Translations under genes and position numbers: made by a program
Notes under the pieces: generated by a model
Databases searched by the model: none
What the model was told of the DNA's origin: nothing
What the model saw: the letters and a program-made list of their open reading frames with translations, nothing else
Assembly (NCBI RefSeq): GCF_018398935.1
Contig: NZ_CP074694.1
Location: forward strand, 3,810,001 to 3,842,000
From: Telmatocola sphagniphila
Lineage (GTDB): Bacteria; Planctomycetota; Planctomycetia; Gemmatales; Gemmataceae
Direction: 5' to 3'
DNA: 32,000 nucleotides
Shown here: one piece after another, positions 1 to 9,732 of the stretch
How the letters are laid out: the number at the start of each line of letters is the position of its first letter
How positions within the stretch are numbered: the first letter of the stretch is position 1

Positions 1-2229
1 TGCAACCTGGCGTCGATGAACCTGATCCGGTTCTACGACGAAAAAACTCAGCGCTTCGATGTGGATTCCTACATCCACGCCTCGCGACTGTGGACCATGA
101 TTCTGGAATTCAGCGTCTACATGGCGCAGTTCCCCAGCCAGCCGGTCGCGCAACTTTCCTACGACTACCGCACGCTGGGCCTCGGTTACGCCAACATCGG
201 CGCCCTGCTGATGCAGCAAGGCATTCCGTACGATTCCGACGAAGGCCGGGCCTGGTGCGGCGCGCTGACTTCGATCATGCACAGCGTGGCCTACTCCACC
301 TCCGCGGAAATCGCTTCCGAAGTGGGGCCGTTCGTTCGCTTCGCGGAAAACCGCGAAGCGATGATGCGCGTCATCCGCAATCACCGTCGGGCCGCTTACA
401 ACACGCCTTCGGAAGAGTACGAAACTCTGACGGTTCATCCCGTGGGTATCGATCCCGCCGATTGCCCCGAATACCTGCTCCAGTCGGCGCGCACCGAAGC
501 CGATCGCATGCTGGCTCTGGGCGAAAAACATGGCTATCGCAATGCCCAGGTTACCGTCATCGCGCCGACCGGCACCATCGGCCTGGTCATGGATTGCGAC
601 ACGACCGGCATCGAGCCCGACTTCGCCCTGGTGAAATTCAAGAAACTCGCGGGCGGCGGCTACTTCAAGATCATCAACTCTTCGGTGCCACCCGCCCTGA
701 AGCGGTTAGGCTATAGTGAACGGCAGATCGAAGAGATCGTCCGCTACACCCGCGGTTCCGGTTCGCTGGTCGGCTGCCCGCACGTGAACAAGGAAAGCCT
801 GATGGCCAAGGGCTTCAGCGAGGCGAGCATCGCCCGCATTGAAGCCGGCCTGCCCAGTGCTTTCGAACTGCAATTCGCCGTGAATCGCTGGACCGTCGGC
901 GACGATGCCCTGCGGAACGAACTGCGTCTGTCGCAGGAAGTTTACGAAGCGCCGAACTTCGATCTGCTCAGCCACCTGGGTTACAGCAAAAACCAGATCA
1001 GCGAAGCCAGCGAATACGTCTGCGGCACCATGACCATCGAAGGCGCTCCGCACCTCAAGATGGAACATCTTCCCGTATTCGACTGTGCAAACAAGTGCGG
1101 CAAGCGCGGTCAGCGCTTCCTGAGCGCCCAATCGCACATCCGCATGATGGCGGCGGCTCAGCCGTTTATCTCCGGAGCGATCTCCAAGACAATCAACATG
1201 CCGCATAACGCGACGATTCAGGACGTTAAAGACGCCTATCGTATGAGCTGGCAGTTGATGGTGAAGGCGAATGCCCTGTACCGCGACGGATCCAAGCTCA
1301 GCCAGCCTCTCAACAGCGTGGCCGATGCTCCCGAAGTCGATGCGCTCAAGGCGGCTGATGAACCGGAAGCTCCCACCATCGAGCCAATTCGCGTGGCCGA
1401 GCGCGTGGTCCGCTACCTCGCCAAACGCCGTCGTCTGCCCGATCGCCGGGCAGGCTACACCCAGAAGTCGCGTATCGGCAACCACAAGCTTTATCTGCGA
1501 ACCGGAGAATACGAAGACGGCTCGCTCGGCGAGATCTTCGTCGATATGCACAAGGAAGGCGCGGCCTTCCGTAGCATGACCAACTGCTTCGCCATCGCGA
1601 TTTCGCTCGGCCTGCAGCATGGCGTGCCGCTCGAAGAATTCGTGGACGCGTTCGTCTTCACCCGTTTCGAACCCAACGGCAGCGTGCAGGGCAACCCGCA
1701 CATCAAGATGAGCACCTCGATCATCGATTACATCTTCCGCGAACTGGCCGTGACTTACCTGGGTCGCTACGATCTGGCCCACGTCAGCCCGGAAGATCTT
1801 CGCGGCGATGCGTTGCACGATGACGAAGAAGATGAGCCCGAGTTCGATGGCGAAGACATTCTGCCGGAAACTCCTTCGGAGACGGTCAGTAGCTCCCGCC
1901 GGATGGCCGTGCCTCGTTCGGAACATCTGAAGCCGGGCAATGGCACCAATGGCCACGGCACCACCCCCAATGGCAACGGAGCCAAGGGGAATGGAGCGAA
2001 CGGTCACGGTCATGCCAACGGCGGCTCAACGGTCCTCGAAAAACCACGATATGTTTCGCCGGTACCGAGTACTCCTGTCCGTCCGAGCAGCACGGCCGAG
2101 AAGGTCAAGCAAGCTCGATTGAAGGGCTACGAAGGCGATCCCTGCGGCGAATGCGGTGCCTTGACGCTGGTTCGAAACGGCGCCTGTTTGAAGTGCGACA
2201 GCTGCGGCGCCACGAGCGGGTGCAGTTGA
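1..2229 (+). CDS. nrdJ: Class II (adenosylcobalamin-dependent) ribonucleotide reductase, C-terminal ~740 aa; the 5' end lies outside the window
   Basis: The frame is open from nt 1 (CNLASMNL...). Motifs [42 protein letters not shown] and ALYRDGSK are typical of NrdJ. The C-terminal tail is Cys-rich ([27 protein letters not shown]). Stop TGA at 2227-2229. Confidence 0.9.
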   Translation, partial: CNLASMNLIRFYDEKTQRFDVDSYIHASRLWTMILEFSVYMAQFPSQPVAQLSYDYRTLGLGYANIGALLMQQGIPYDSDEGRAWCGALTSIMHSVAYSTSAEIASEVGPFVRFAENREAMMRVIRNHRRAAYNTPSEEYETLTVHPVGIDPADCPEYLLQSARTEADRMLALGEKHGYRNAQVTVIAPTGTIGLVMDCDTTGIEPDFALVKFKKLAGGGYFKIINSSVPPALKRLGYSERQIEEIVRYTRGSGSLVGCPHVNKESLMAKGFSEASIARIEAGLPSAFELQFAVNRWTVGDDALRNELRLSQEVYEAPNFDLLSHLGYSKNQISEASEYVCGTMTIEGAPHLKMEHLPVFDCANKCGKRGQRFLSAQSHIRMMAAAQPFISGAISKTINMPHNATIQDVKDAYRMSWQLMVKANALYRDGSKLSQPLNSVADAPEVDALKAADEPEAPTIEPIRVAERVVRYLAKRRRLPDRRAGYTQKSRIGNHKLYLRTGEYEDGSLGEIFVDMHKEGAAFRSMTNCFAIAISLGLQHGVPLEEFVDAFVFTRFEPNGSVQGNPHIKMSTSIIDYIFRELAVTYLGRYDLAHVSPEDLRGDALHDDEEDEPEFDGEDILPETPSETVSSSRRMAVPRSEHLKPGNGTNGHGTTPNGNGAKGNGANGHGHANGGSTVLEKPRYVSPVPSTPVRPSSTAEKVKQARLKGYEGDPCGECGALTLVRNGACLKCDSCGATSGCS

Positions 2230-2256
2230 GAAGCGAAGGGTTTATAACACACCTGC

Positions 2257-2280
2257 GCGTACGGGAGGAATACCGTACGC
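2257..2280. terminator. Hairpin between convergent nrdJ and the DUF1559 gene, possibly a bidirectional terminator
   Basis: GCGTACGG (2257-2264) pairs perfectly with CCGTACGC (2273-2280) across an 8-nt loop. It lies in the 72-nt gap between two convergent stops. No clean U-run follows. Confidence 0.4.
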
Positions 2281-2301
2281 TTCGTCGGTTTAAATTCAAA
2301 C

Positions 2302-3192
2302 TTACTCTGAAATCACTTCTCCGCCATTGCGAGTTCCAAGTGCGGGAAGAAGCGAGTCACTGGCAAATGTTAAAAATCTAACTGAGCCATCCGCAAAAGC
2401 AAAATTCGCGCCGCCAGGATGGTCACTCCAATATTGAAATGTGGAGCAAAACGACAGTGGATTCGCTTGTTGAAAGTGATAAGGCCCAATAGGGCATTTC
2501 GGGTAAATTGGCCCTATTTGAGAATTATTCAAGGCTCTCGTTCCCATCGTATAATCCAAAGTTCCCGTTCCATCCTGTCCGATACCCGTATACCACCATC
2601 CGAAGCGGAACTCGGGACTCGGCGGACGTTCCCCAGCGATAAGCGTATGGCTGGAACCATCCGCAATTTGCAAATGATCGATCCTGGAATCGAAAAAAAT
2701 TACTCCATCTGTCGAACGAGAATTGGTACCGGCATTAGCAAGATAATTCGTATAGGCATAACTACTGTTCAAATAAAGATGCGTCTTACCGGAGTTAGGA
2801 TCAGACGGACATTGAAGAACGGGGACTACAAAAGACAATCCATAATGTCGGGGTGATATTGGGCTAGTACTGACGCCCAGATCCATCTGCTTTTGCTTCT
2901 CCAGGGACTCCTGTTCTAGATAAGGAAGAATCTTGGTGATCCAGCTCAATCGAAAATCGATTTCACGGCTCGCTTTCGATTTTCTGGCGGAAGGAAATTT
3001 GTCGAAAGTATTGTGATAGTTTTGAAGTGCCAGGTTGATTTGTTTCAAGTTGTTTCGACATGACATGCTTGCGGCGGCTTCTCTCACTTTTTGTATCGCT
3101 GGTAAAAGCAAAGCGATCAAAACGGCCACGATGGCAATCACGACAAGCAACTCAATTAGGGTGTAAGCTGCGTATTGGTATTTTGATCGCAT
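2302..3192 (-). CDS. DUF1559 / H-X9-DG protein with a prepilin-type N-terminal methylation domain (pseudopilin-like)
   Basis: N-terminus AAYTLIELLVVIAIVAVLIALLLPAIQKVREAA, mid motif DGSSHTLIAGE, C-terminal HPGGANFAFADGSVRF (H-X9-DG). ATG at 3192, 8 nt after the restored stop of the upstream gene. Confidence 0.85.
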   Translation of the reverse strand: MRSKYQYAAYTLIELLVVIAIVAVLIALLLPAIQKVREAAASMSCRNNLKQINLALQNYHNTFDKFPSARKSKASREIDFRLSWITKILPYLEQESLEKQKQMDLGVSTSPISPRHYGLSFVVPVLQCPSDPNSGKTHLYLNSSYAYTNYLANAGTNSRSTDGVIFFDSRIDHLQIADGSSHTLIAGERPPSPEFRFGWWYTGIGQDGTGTLDYTMGTRALNNSQIGPIYPKCPIGPYHFQQANPLSFCSTFQYWSDHPGGANFAFADGSVRFLTFASDSLLPALGTRNGGEVISE

Positions 3193-3200
3193 AGATTGCT

Positions 3201-3306
3201 CTAACTTTTTTGACTTCGTGAAAACCGTCTCAAAGCAAAGATAATTGCTATTGCCAAGAAAGTAACAGGAATCAGATAAAGACGCGATCCATTAGCAGAA
3301 GTCCTA
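3201..3306 (-). pseudogene. 3' fragment of the envelope gene split by the IS630-family element; encodes a C-terminal TM anchor plus basic tail
   Basis: Reads ...RTSANGSRLYLIPVTFLAIAIIFALRRFSRSQKS*. It is in the same phase as fragment 4475-5429 once the IS plus one TA copy are removed. The ORF-track entry 3201-3680 is this fragment fused to antisense IS sequence. Confidence 0.75.
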
Positions 3307-4474
3307 GTGTAGTGTCCCAGAAATAGCGTTACTTTTAGCTCCTTTTTGCGGTTTACTCTATAGAGGAGGAGAAAACCCATGAAAGTCGCGCTGCCAATCT
3401 TACTTTCTGACGAGGAACGACAAACTTTGACTTCTTGGTCTCGGGGACGAAGTACTCCCGCTCGGCTGGTCCTGCGGGCGAAGATCATACTCGCAGCGGC
3501 CGCGGGTGTACGGAACAAGGACATTGCTGAGGAATGCGGCACGTCGAAGCCCACGGTGGCGCGCTGGCGGACCCGATTTGCGAAGCTGCGTTTGGCGGGT
3601 ATCGAACGGGACGCTTCGCGGCCGGGTCGAACGCCAGCGATCAGCCGGAAAGTCGTCGAAGAAATTCTCCGCAAGACCACTCAGGAGAAACCATCCGGTG
3701 CGACTCATTGGAGCACACGAACGATGGCCCAAGAGGTAGGAGTGAGCAAAGCCACCGTGCAGCGGGTCTGGTCGTCCCACGGTCTGAAGCCTCATTTGCA
3801 TAAGACCTTCAAGGTATCGAATGATCCTCAATTCGCCGAGAAACTGTGGGATGTAGTGGGCTTGTACTTGAACCCTCCCGAGCACGCCCTGGTGCTCAGT
3901 TGCGATGAGAAGAGTCAGATACAAGCCCTTGATCGCACGCAAAAAAGCTTGCCCATGGTACCCGGCCGTTGCGGCACTCTGACTCACGATTACATGCGTC
4001 ATGGCACCACCACTCTGTTCGCGGCTTTGAACGTGGCCGAGGGAATTGTGATTGGCGAGTGCATGCCGCGACATCGACACCAGGAATGGATCAAGTTTCT
4101 CAAACGGATCGAGACGGCCACCGATCCGTCCTTGGATTTGCATTTGATCGTGGATAACTACGCTACGCATAAGCATCCCAAAGTTAAGCGTTGGCTAGCC
4201 CGGCATCCTCGATTCCACATGCATTTCATCCCCACGAGTAGTTCCTGGATGAATCTGGTGGAGCGTTGGTTTCGCGACTTGACGGACAAACGACTGCGTC
4301 GAGGGACATTTCGAAGCGTGCCGCAATTAATCCAGGCGATTGAAGGCTACATCGATCATCACAACAACACAGGAAAGGGATTCCAGTGGACCGCCAAAGC
4401 CGAGGCTATTCTGGAGAAAGTCCGCCGGGCGAGGGCTACCTTGGATAAAACACATTCTGTGTGAGACACTACAC
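3307..4474 (+). mobile_element. IS630-family insertion sequence (1168 bp), apparently intact
   Basis: Terminal inverted repeats GTGTAGTGTC (3307-3316) and GACACTACAC (4465-4474). Flanked by C-TA (3304-3306) and TA-G (4475-4477), which is a CTAG target with a TA duplication. Carries a single DDE transposase ORF. Confidence 0.9.
3379..4464 (+). CDS. IS630-family DDE transposase (361 aa)
   Basis: N-terminal helix-turn-helix region ([40 protein letters not shown]). Catalytic-type motifs [21 protein letters not shown] and [11 protein letters not shown]. No frameshift is needed. Confidence 0.9.
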   Translation: MKVALPILLSDEERQTLTSWSRGRSTPARLVLRAKIILAAAAGVRNKDIAEECGTSKPTVARWRTRFAKLRLAGIERDASRPGRTPAISRKVVEEILRKTTQEKPSGATHWSTRTMAQEVGVSKATVQRVWSSHGLKPHLHKTFKVSNDPQFAEKLWDVVGLYLNPPEHALVLSCDEKSQIQALDRTQKSLPMVPGRCGTLTHDYMRHGTTTLFAALNVAEGIVIGECMPRHRHQEWIKFLKRIETATDPSLDLHLIVDNYATHKHPKVKRWLARHPRFHMHFIPTSSSWMNLVERWFRDLTDKRLRRGTFRSVPQLIQAIEGYIDHHNNTGKGFQWTAKAEAILEKVRRARATLDKTHSV

Positions 4475-5429
4475 TAGCATTATCGCTTGGAAATTCGTCC
4501 AAAGAATCAAACTTCATGCCGTAAATTTCAATCTCTTGTGACGTAGGCTGTCTGAGAACTTTACCGTCATAAAAAAGACTAGATTGAACGGGATTTTTTT
4601 TGTTTAACAAAACTGTACAGGCAACAAACACGTTGGGATGAAAGCCGACGACGCCAGGACTCCAATCAAAATCTTCAATTTTTGCCAGCCATCGAACCTC
4701 GCTAATCACGACGTCTTCCACTAACTTATAATTGCCGGAAGAGATCGTCTTTTTGATCTTAGTCGGAAATAAATCGCTGTTAGAGTTATAAATAGATTCG
4801 ACACTTACCGAACTACTAAATTGCGAATCCTCAAGAGTCGTTTTCTCTAATCTATTCAATTTTAAATTGATAAAATACCTGAGATAGCCTGATTTATCTT
4901 TGAACCGGAGTTCTATACAACAAATGTCGCCATGGGATAAAGAACTGTTCACCCGCGGCTTCTCATAAATTTCGAGCAAATAAGGACGGGTATAATCGGA
5001 ATCAATTCCTTCCGGTTCAAACGTATAGAAGCCGATCAATCTCAAATCAAAAACCATTTTGCTTTCATAAGCTTCCTTTTTAGTTCTTGCGAATAAAAAT
5101 GGCTTGGTGTCATTACTCTCGGAGGAACTAACAAAGAATAGATCTCTGTCGGGCTGATAGCAGCCATTACAAAGTTTGTAGCTATAACTTTCACGCCCCT
5201 CGTCGCGATGCAATTCGCAATAAATTCTCCTGCCAAATTGTGCATGACCAAGAATGAGATGCTTTCTTCTCGTCTTGCCTGAGGAAAACACCTCCTCGCG
5301 ATCAATGGACAACTTGATACTAATATTACTGCTTGCTCGTCGCTCGAAAATCTTGTGTAAAAGTTGTGATGGGTCTGCAAACTGAGGTTTTAGTTGCATT
5401 GCTATTGAGAGTACTGCAAGACAAAACAT
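4475..5429 (-). pseudogene. 5' fragment of an IS-disrupted secreted/envelope protein of unknown family
   Basis: ATG at 5429 gives the signal-like start MFCLAVLSIAMQ. The host reading frame ends at ...LDEFPSDNA at the IS junction. The last ~39 codons of ORF-track entry 4359-5528 are antisense IS sequence. Confidence 0.7.
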
Positions 5430-5493
5430 CCTGAACCCCACAGATAGTAAATTCAAATTCTTCAGACAAAACTTTGTACAGGCCGCGAGCAAG

Positions 5494-6042
5494 CTACTCC
5501 ATACTGAAAAAATCGTCGCACTTATCAAGTATCAATGGCCACCCCATTTCAGCTGGCTGCGCGGGCAGAATTACTACTGGCCAAGGTGCATTAGGATTGT
5601 TGGGATCGCAGCCATCTTGCTGATATATAGGCGCACCCCACTTATTCACTTTCCGTAGATTTGATTTGCATTTTTTGTTGACGCCATCCCATTTGCAATC
5701 ATAATCAGTCGTACAAACTAATTGAGCCATAGATGTCATTCTTACTCTTGAATATGAATTTCGGATTGTACGCAAAACTTCTTCTTGTTCAGTAGTGCTA
5801 TAGATATTGCTTTCGCAATCCGTCAGCGAAGTATAAAGATCGCAAGGCGAACCAAATGTTTCTCCACAAGGCTCCTGAAAGAGCATCTGTTCACAATCGT
5901 CCCCCCTAACCTGTTGATGAGTAATCACGGCCCCTACCGTAATGATCGCGAAACAGAAACACATTGCACGACAAGAAGAATTAGCGAATTTTTCTCTAAT
6001 CATAATCAAATCCTTTTTAGAATGGACTAATTTTGCTTTCAT
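5494..6042 (-). CDS. Small Cys-rich exported/anchored protein, unknown family
   Basis: ATG at 6042 lies 4 nt after the upstream stop. N-terminal hydrophobic anchor AMCFCFAIITVGAVI, with nine Cys in the remaining ~140 aa. AT-rich like its neighbours. Confidence 0.55.
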   Translation of the reverse strand: MKAKLVHSKKDLIMIREKFANSSCRAMCFCFAIITVGAVITHQQVRGDDCEQMLFQEPCGETFGSPCDLYTSLTDCESNIYSTTEQEEVLRTIRNSYSRVRMTSMAQLVCTTDYDCKWDGVNKKCKSNLRKVNKWGAPIYQQDGCDPNNPNAPWPVVILPAQPAEMGWPLILDKCDDFFSME

Positions 6043-6046
6043 GGGC

Positions 6047-6718
6047 TTACTTTTTAATAATAAAAGGAATTCTTGGCCAAAAAGCGGGCGGCTCAGATGT
6101 TTTAACCACAATCGTATGCCCGACAAATTCGCTCAGTAGCGCATGCGGACTTACGCTTAATATATACACCCCTGACGTCTGACCTTGCACTACAGCAACC
6201 AAATTTGTAGTACTTGACACTTCCAGAATCTGATCCAAGCCAATCACGCCCGGTTGGATCTGCAAATCAATTTTCTGAGTACATTTATCAATTTCAATAA
6301 TCTTCTTATCTAGTTTTAGCCTCGGCAGAATTTGGGCCTTTATTTTCAGTACGACATTCAATGTTTTTTCTTTATATTTACAAATAAATTCAATTTTCCT
6401 CTCGGCCTCACCTTGCAGATTACCTGCTTTAAAAACAACATTTATGCTCGAATACTCACCCGGCTCCAACTTTTCTTTCTCAATCATCGGTGATGAACAA
6501 GAACAAGAGGACAATGCATTAACTATTGCAATTGGCTGCAAGGTCGCATTAACTAACTTCACTTTAATATTTGAACTTTCAAATTGTCTGGCATTCTCAA
6601 TGAATACATCTGGTTGATCCAGATAAATCCTCTCATGAATTACTTGGCTAGGCAGGGTCATAAAAACTATTGCAAATGAACAAATGCTGAAAGCCGCGAA
6701 TAAAATTATTTTTAACAT
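6047..6718 (-). CDS. DUF1573-like (Ig-like, SCxC motif) envelope protein
   Basis: Signal anchor MLKIILFAAFSICSFAIVFM. The segment VKLVNATLQPIAIVNALSSCSCSSPMIEKEKLEPGEYSSINVVFKAGNLQGEAERKIEF follows the DUF1573 pattern (N-x-[GA]-x-x-P-[LI]-x-I ... SCGC-like ... PGE ... G). Assignment is from memory of the family. Confidence 0.55.
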   Translation of the reverse strand: MLKIILFAAFSICSFAIVFMTLPSQVIHERIYLDQPDVFIENARQFESSNIKVKLVNATLQPIAIVNALSSCSCSSPMIEKEKLEPGEYSSINVVFKAGNLQGEAERKIEFICKYKEKTLNVVLKIKAQILPRLKLDKKIIEIDKCTQKIDLQIQPGVIGLDQILEVSSTTNLVAVVQGQTSGVYILSVSPHALLSEFVGHTIVVKTSEPPAFWPRIPFIIKK

Positions 6719-6724
6719 GAGGGC

Positions 6725-6752
6725 ATGTTAAACCGCAAAAAGCTCATGTCAA
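6725..6752 (-). promoter_or_regulatory. Candidate sigma70-type promoter of the AT-rich operon; may give a leaderless mRNA
   Basis: On the minus strand: TTGACA (6752-6747), a 16-nt spacer, TAACAT (6730-6725), then 6 nt (GCCCTC) before ATG 6718. Confidence 0.3.
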
Positions 6753-6997
6753 CCGGAAAAATAAATTATTTTTCAAATTTAAGCTGCTTTCTGCTTTGTA
6801 GTGAAAATTTTTTTGACTAGAAAATTCTAGAATTCATGAGCGATTGAAATGTACCGCCAAAATTTTGTAGCGAAAAAGAACTACCTTCATTCAAAGTGAA
6901 TTGGTTCTAGTCAGAGTCGCGTGCCAAAAGCCCATTCATAGGCAAGAAAAAAATAAGTATTATTTCGGTTCACTTACTCGATAATTCGTTTTTCGCC

Positions 6998-7513
6998 CTA
7001 CCCCCTCTTCTGAAATCCCTGCTTCTGCGCCCGCTCGATGATCCGGTCCATAGCCCCTTGCTTCATCAGATCGCCCACGGGCACTTTGTCCACAGTTCCG
7101 TTCTTGCTCTTGCAGAACATAGAAGTACTTCGGTTACGGCCGTTCTGTTCGTCCTTGATTTCTATCTCGACGATGTCCGCAAACTTCACGTTATGCACCT
7201 TGGGCGAGAACCAGAAGCCGGTTTGCAGTTCAAAATGATCGTCATCCACGATCAGGTGATCATTAAACATCCCCGGTCCAGCTACCAGGGCGGCTACCGG
7301 TCCGACAATCAGAAGTGTCCAGCCGTACTTGGAATTCACGCGTTTCAGAAAGAACCCGATCACCCCTGCGGCGAGTCCCCCCAGAATTACCGCCAACGGT
7401 ACCCAGAAGGCGAACTTCACCGTCAGCTTATTGCCTTCACTCGTTTCTTCGGTGCAGCCGGTCAGAAACAGAAGAGTTAACGGGACAAAAAATGCGACGG
7501 TTCCGCGAGTCAT
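6998..7513 (-). CDS. Membrane lipoprotein, unknown function
   Basis: Lipobox LLFLTG|C at residues 14-20, two further hydrophobic helices, and a C-terminal soluble domain. Confidence 0.6.
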   Translation of the reverse strand: MTRGTVAFFVPLTLLFLTGCTEETSEGNKLTVKFAFWVPLAVILGGLAAGVIGFFLKRVNSKYGWTLLIVGPVAALVAGPGMFNDHLIVDDDHFELQTGFWFSPKVHNVKFADIVEIEIKDEQNGRNRSTSMFCKSKNGTVDKVPVGDLMKQGAMDRIIERAQKQGFQKRG

Positions 7514-7562
7514 TGTCAGGCTACCTCTCTGGAAATCGGGGTTTAATTTTGGGCTGGGGCAA

Positions 7563-7589
7563 ACAAAAAAAGGGACGCTTTCGCGTCCC
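7563..7589 (-). terminator. Rho-independent terminator of the EF-G gene
   Basis: On the minus strand: GGGACGC-GAAA-GCGTCCC (7589-7572) followed by TTTTTTTGTTT. It starts 11 nt after the stop at 7600. Confidence 0.75.
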
Positions 7590-7599
7590 TGGAGGATCT

Positions 7600-9732
7600 T
7601 TACTTCTTGGCGTCGGGCTTGGGAATATCCGCCAGTTCTTCGCGGACTTCCTGGTAGTGGCTGAACTCCATGCTGAAGCTTGCGGTGCCCGAGGTCGCCC
7701 CACGCAGGTCGCTGGTATAACCGAAGAGATTCGCCAGCGGAACCTTGGCATTGATGTAGCCGCGGCCCTTTTCCGAGCTGATTTCTTCGATGATCCCGCG
7801 ACGACGGTTGATATCGCCGGTGATCGCCCCCTGATAACTTTCAGGAGAAACCACAACCACTTTCATGATCGGTTCCAGCAGTCGAATCCCCGCGACCAAT
7901 TGCACTTCGCGGAAAGATTCCTTACCGGCCAATTTGAACGCGTCCTGCGAAGAGTCCACATCGTGGGTCTTACCGTCATAAAGCACACACTCGACGTCAA
8001 CCACCGGGAAGCCGAACTTGGCCCCCTTCTTGGCGACTTCGCGGATACCGGCTTCCACGGCCGGGATGAATTCCTTAGGAACCACACCCCCGACGATTTC
8101 GCTGGCGAAGTAGACGTTGTTGGGATCGGGTTGTTCCCCATCCTCCGCCATCTTGTTCTTCCAGCGTTCGATGCCTTCCGCATCCAGCGGAGTATACCGC
8201 ATCCGAATCACAGCGAACTTACCGCTACCGCCGGTCTGCTTGATGTAGCGGGTTTCGTATTCCATCGCCCGGGCCAGACATTGACGATAAGCAACGCGCG
8301 GTTTACCCGTCGTCACTTTCACGCCCGGATTACGCATCAACTTACCGACGGAAACTTCCAGGTGAAGCTCGCCCATCCCGGAGAGGATCAGGTCCTTGGT
8401 TTCTTCGTCCGTATGGAACTTGATCGTCGGATCGTCGCGGGTCAGCTTGTTGATGGCCATACCCAGCTTGTCCGAATCGGTCGTTTTGTCCGGAATGATC
8501 GCCATCGAAATAACCGGTTTCGGGAACGTGATCGCTTCCAGAGCAATCGGGTGGGTCTCCGAACACAGGGTATGGCCGGTGTAGGTCTGCTTGAGACCGA
8601 CGACGGCGGCAATCATACCGGGTGTGGCTTCTTCCAGGACCTGCTTTTCATTCCCCATCATGCGGTAAAGTCGGGCAATACGTTCTTCCCGGCCCACCGT
8701 CGTATTGAGAACGGTATCGCCTTGCTTCAACACACCGGAATAGACGCGAACGTACACCAAGTCACCGGTCGGTTCGGTAACCGTTTTGAAGGCCAGTCCG
8801 CTGAAAGGCTCTTTCGTATCCGGTTTGCGCTGTTCCTTCGTCTTGGTCTTCGGGTTGAAGCCTTCGACGGGAGGACGATCCACCGGACTGGGCAGGAAGT
8901 CGACCACCATGTCCAAAAGTTCCCGAACTCCATGGAACATCTTGGAAGTTCCACAGTGGACCGGGTTGAATTTGCCTTCCAAGGTCCCCTTACGGAGCGC
9001 TGCGAGCAGTTGCTTTTCGGGAATCTCCTGGCCTTCCAGGATCGCTTCCATCATCGCATCGTCCGCAGCGGAAGCCACGTCCAGCAGGGCTTCGCGATGC
9101 TTGGCGGCCGCCGCTTTGTGTTCATCCGGAATTTCGATCAGCTCGTACTTCTGGTTGGTCTTATCGTTCATGTCCTTCTTGACGAATTTCATTCGGATAA
9201 GGTCGATAATCCCTTTGAACTGATCATGTTCCCCGGCGGGAATCGTGCAAACGGCCGGCACGGCGTGCAGTTTCGTCCGCATCTGATCGACGCAGGCGAA
9301 AAAGTCCGATCCCAGTCGGTCGAGTTTGTTCACATAAGCGACGCGCGGCACTTTGTACTTGTTGGCCTGGAACCAGACCGTTTCGGACTGGACTTCCACA
9401 CCACCGACGGCGCAGAACACCGTGACTCCGCCATCGAGCACGCGGAGAGAGCGTTCCACTTCGGCCGTGAAGTCAACGTGACCGGGGGTATCGATGATAT
9501 TGATGGCAATATCGTTACCTTCGTGGTCTTTCCAGTCGATGGAAACGGCGGCCGAGTTAATGGTAATACCGCGGGCGCGTTCTTCCGGGTCGAAGTCGGT
9601 CGTGGTGTCGCCGTCGTCGATATCGCCGACCTTGTGCTTGGTACCGGAGTAGTAGAGAATACGCTCGGTTGTGGTCGTTTTGCCCGCGTCCACGTGGGCA
9701 ATGATGCCGATGTTTCGAACTTTATCGAGCAT
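7600..9732 (-). CDS. fusA: Elongation factor G family GTPase (~710 aa), not in an rpsL-rpsG-fusA-tuf context
   Basis: MLDKVRNIGIIAHVDAGKTTTTERILYYSG, DTPGHVDF and NKLD GTPase motifs with full five-domain length. ATG 9732 was chosen because it gives the canonical EF-G N-terminus; the ORF-track start at 9801 adds 23 unlikely residues. Confidence 0.9.
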   Translation of the reverse strand: MLDKVRNIGIIAHVDAGKTTTTERILYYSGTKHKVGDIDDGDTTTDFDPEERARGITINSAAVSIDWKDHEGNDIAINIIDTPGHVDFTAEVERSLRVLDGGVTVFCAVGGVEVQSETVWFQANKYKVPRVAYVNKLDRLGSDFFACVDQMRTKLHAVPAVCTIPAGEHDQFKGIIDLIRMKFVKKDMNDKTNQKYELIEIPDEHKAAAAKHREALLDVASAADDAMMEAILEGQEIPEKQLLAALRKGTLEGKFNPVHCGTSKMFHGVRELLDMVVDFLPSPVDRPPVEGFNPKTKTKEQRKPDTKEPFSGLAFKTVTEPTGDLVYVRVYSGVLKQGDTVLNTTVGREERIARLYRMMGNEKQVLEEATPGMIAAVVGLKQTYTGHTLCSETHPIALEAITFPKPVISMAIIPDKTTDSDKLGMAINKLTRDDPTIKFHTDEETKDLILSGMGELHLEVSVGKLMRNPGVKVTTGKPRVAYRQCLARAMEYETRYIKQTGGSGKFAVIRMRYTPLDAEGIERWKNKMAEDGEQPDPNNVYFASEIVGGVVPKEFIPAVEAGIREVAKKGAKFGFPVVDVECVLYDGKTHDVDSSQDAFKLAGKESFREVQLVAGIRLLEPIMKVVVVSPESYQGAITGDINRRRGIIEEISSEKGRGYINAKVPLANLFGYTSDLRGATSGTASFSMEFSHYQEVREELADIPKPDAKK

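Noticed and set aside
706-2013. 435-aa minus-strand ORF, plus the similar long antisense ORFs at 14355-15536, 16107-17060, 3400-4176 and 26784-28298
   Set aside because: Each lies fully antisense to a confidently identified gene (nrdJ, gltX, PfkB kinase, transposase, PATR protein) and has low-complexity shadow composition.
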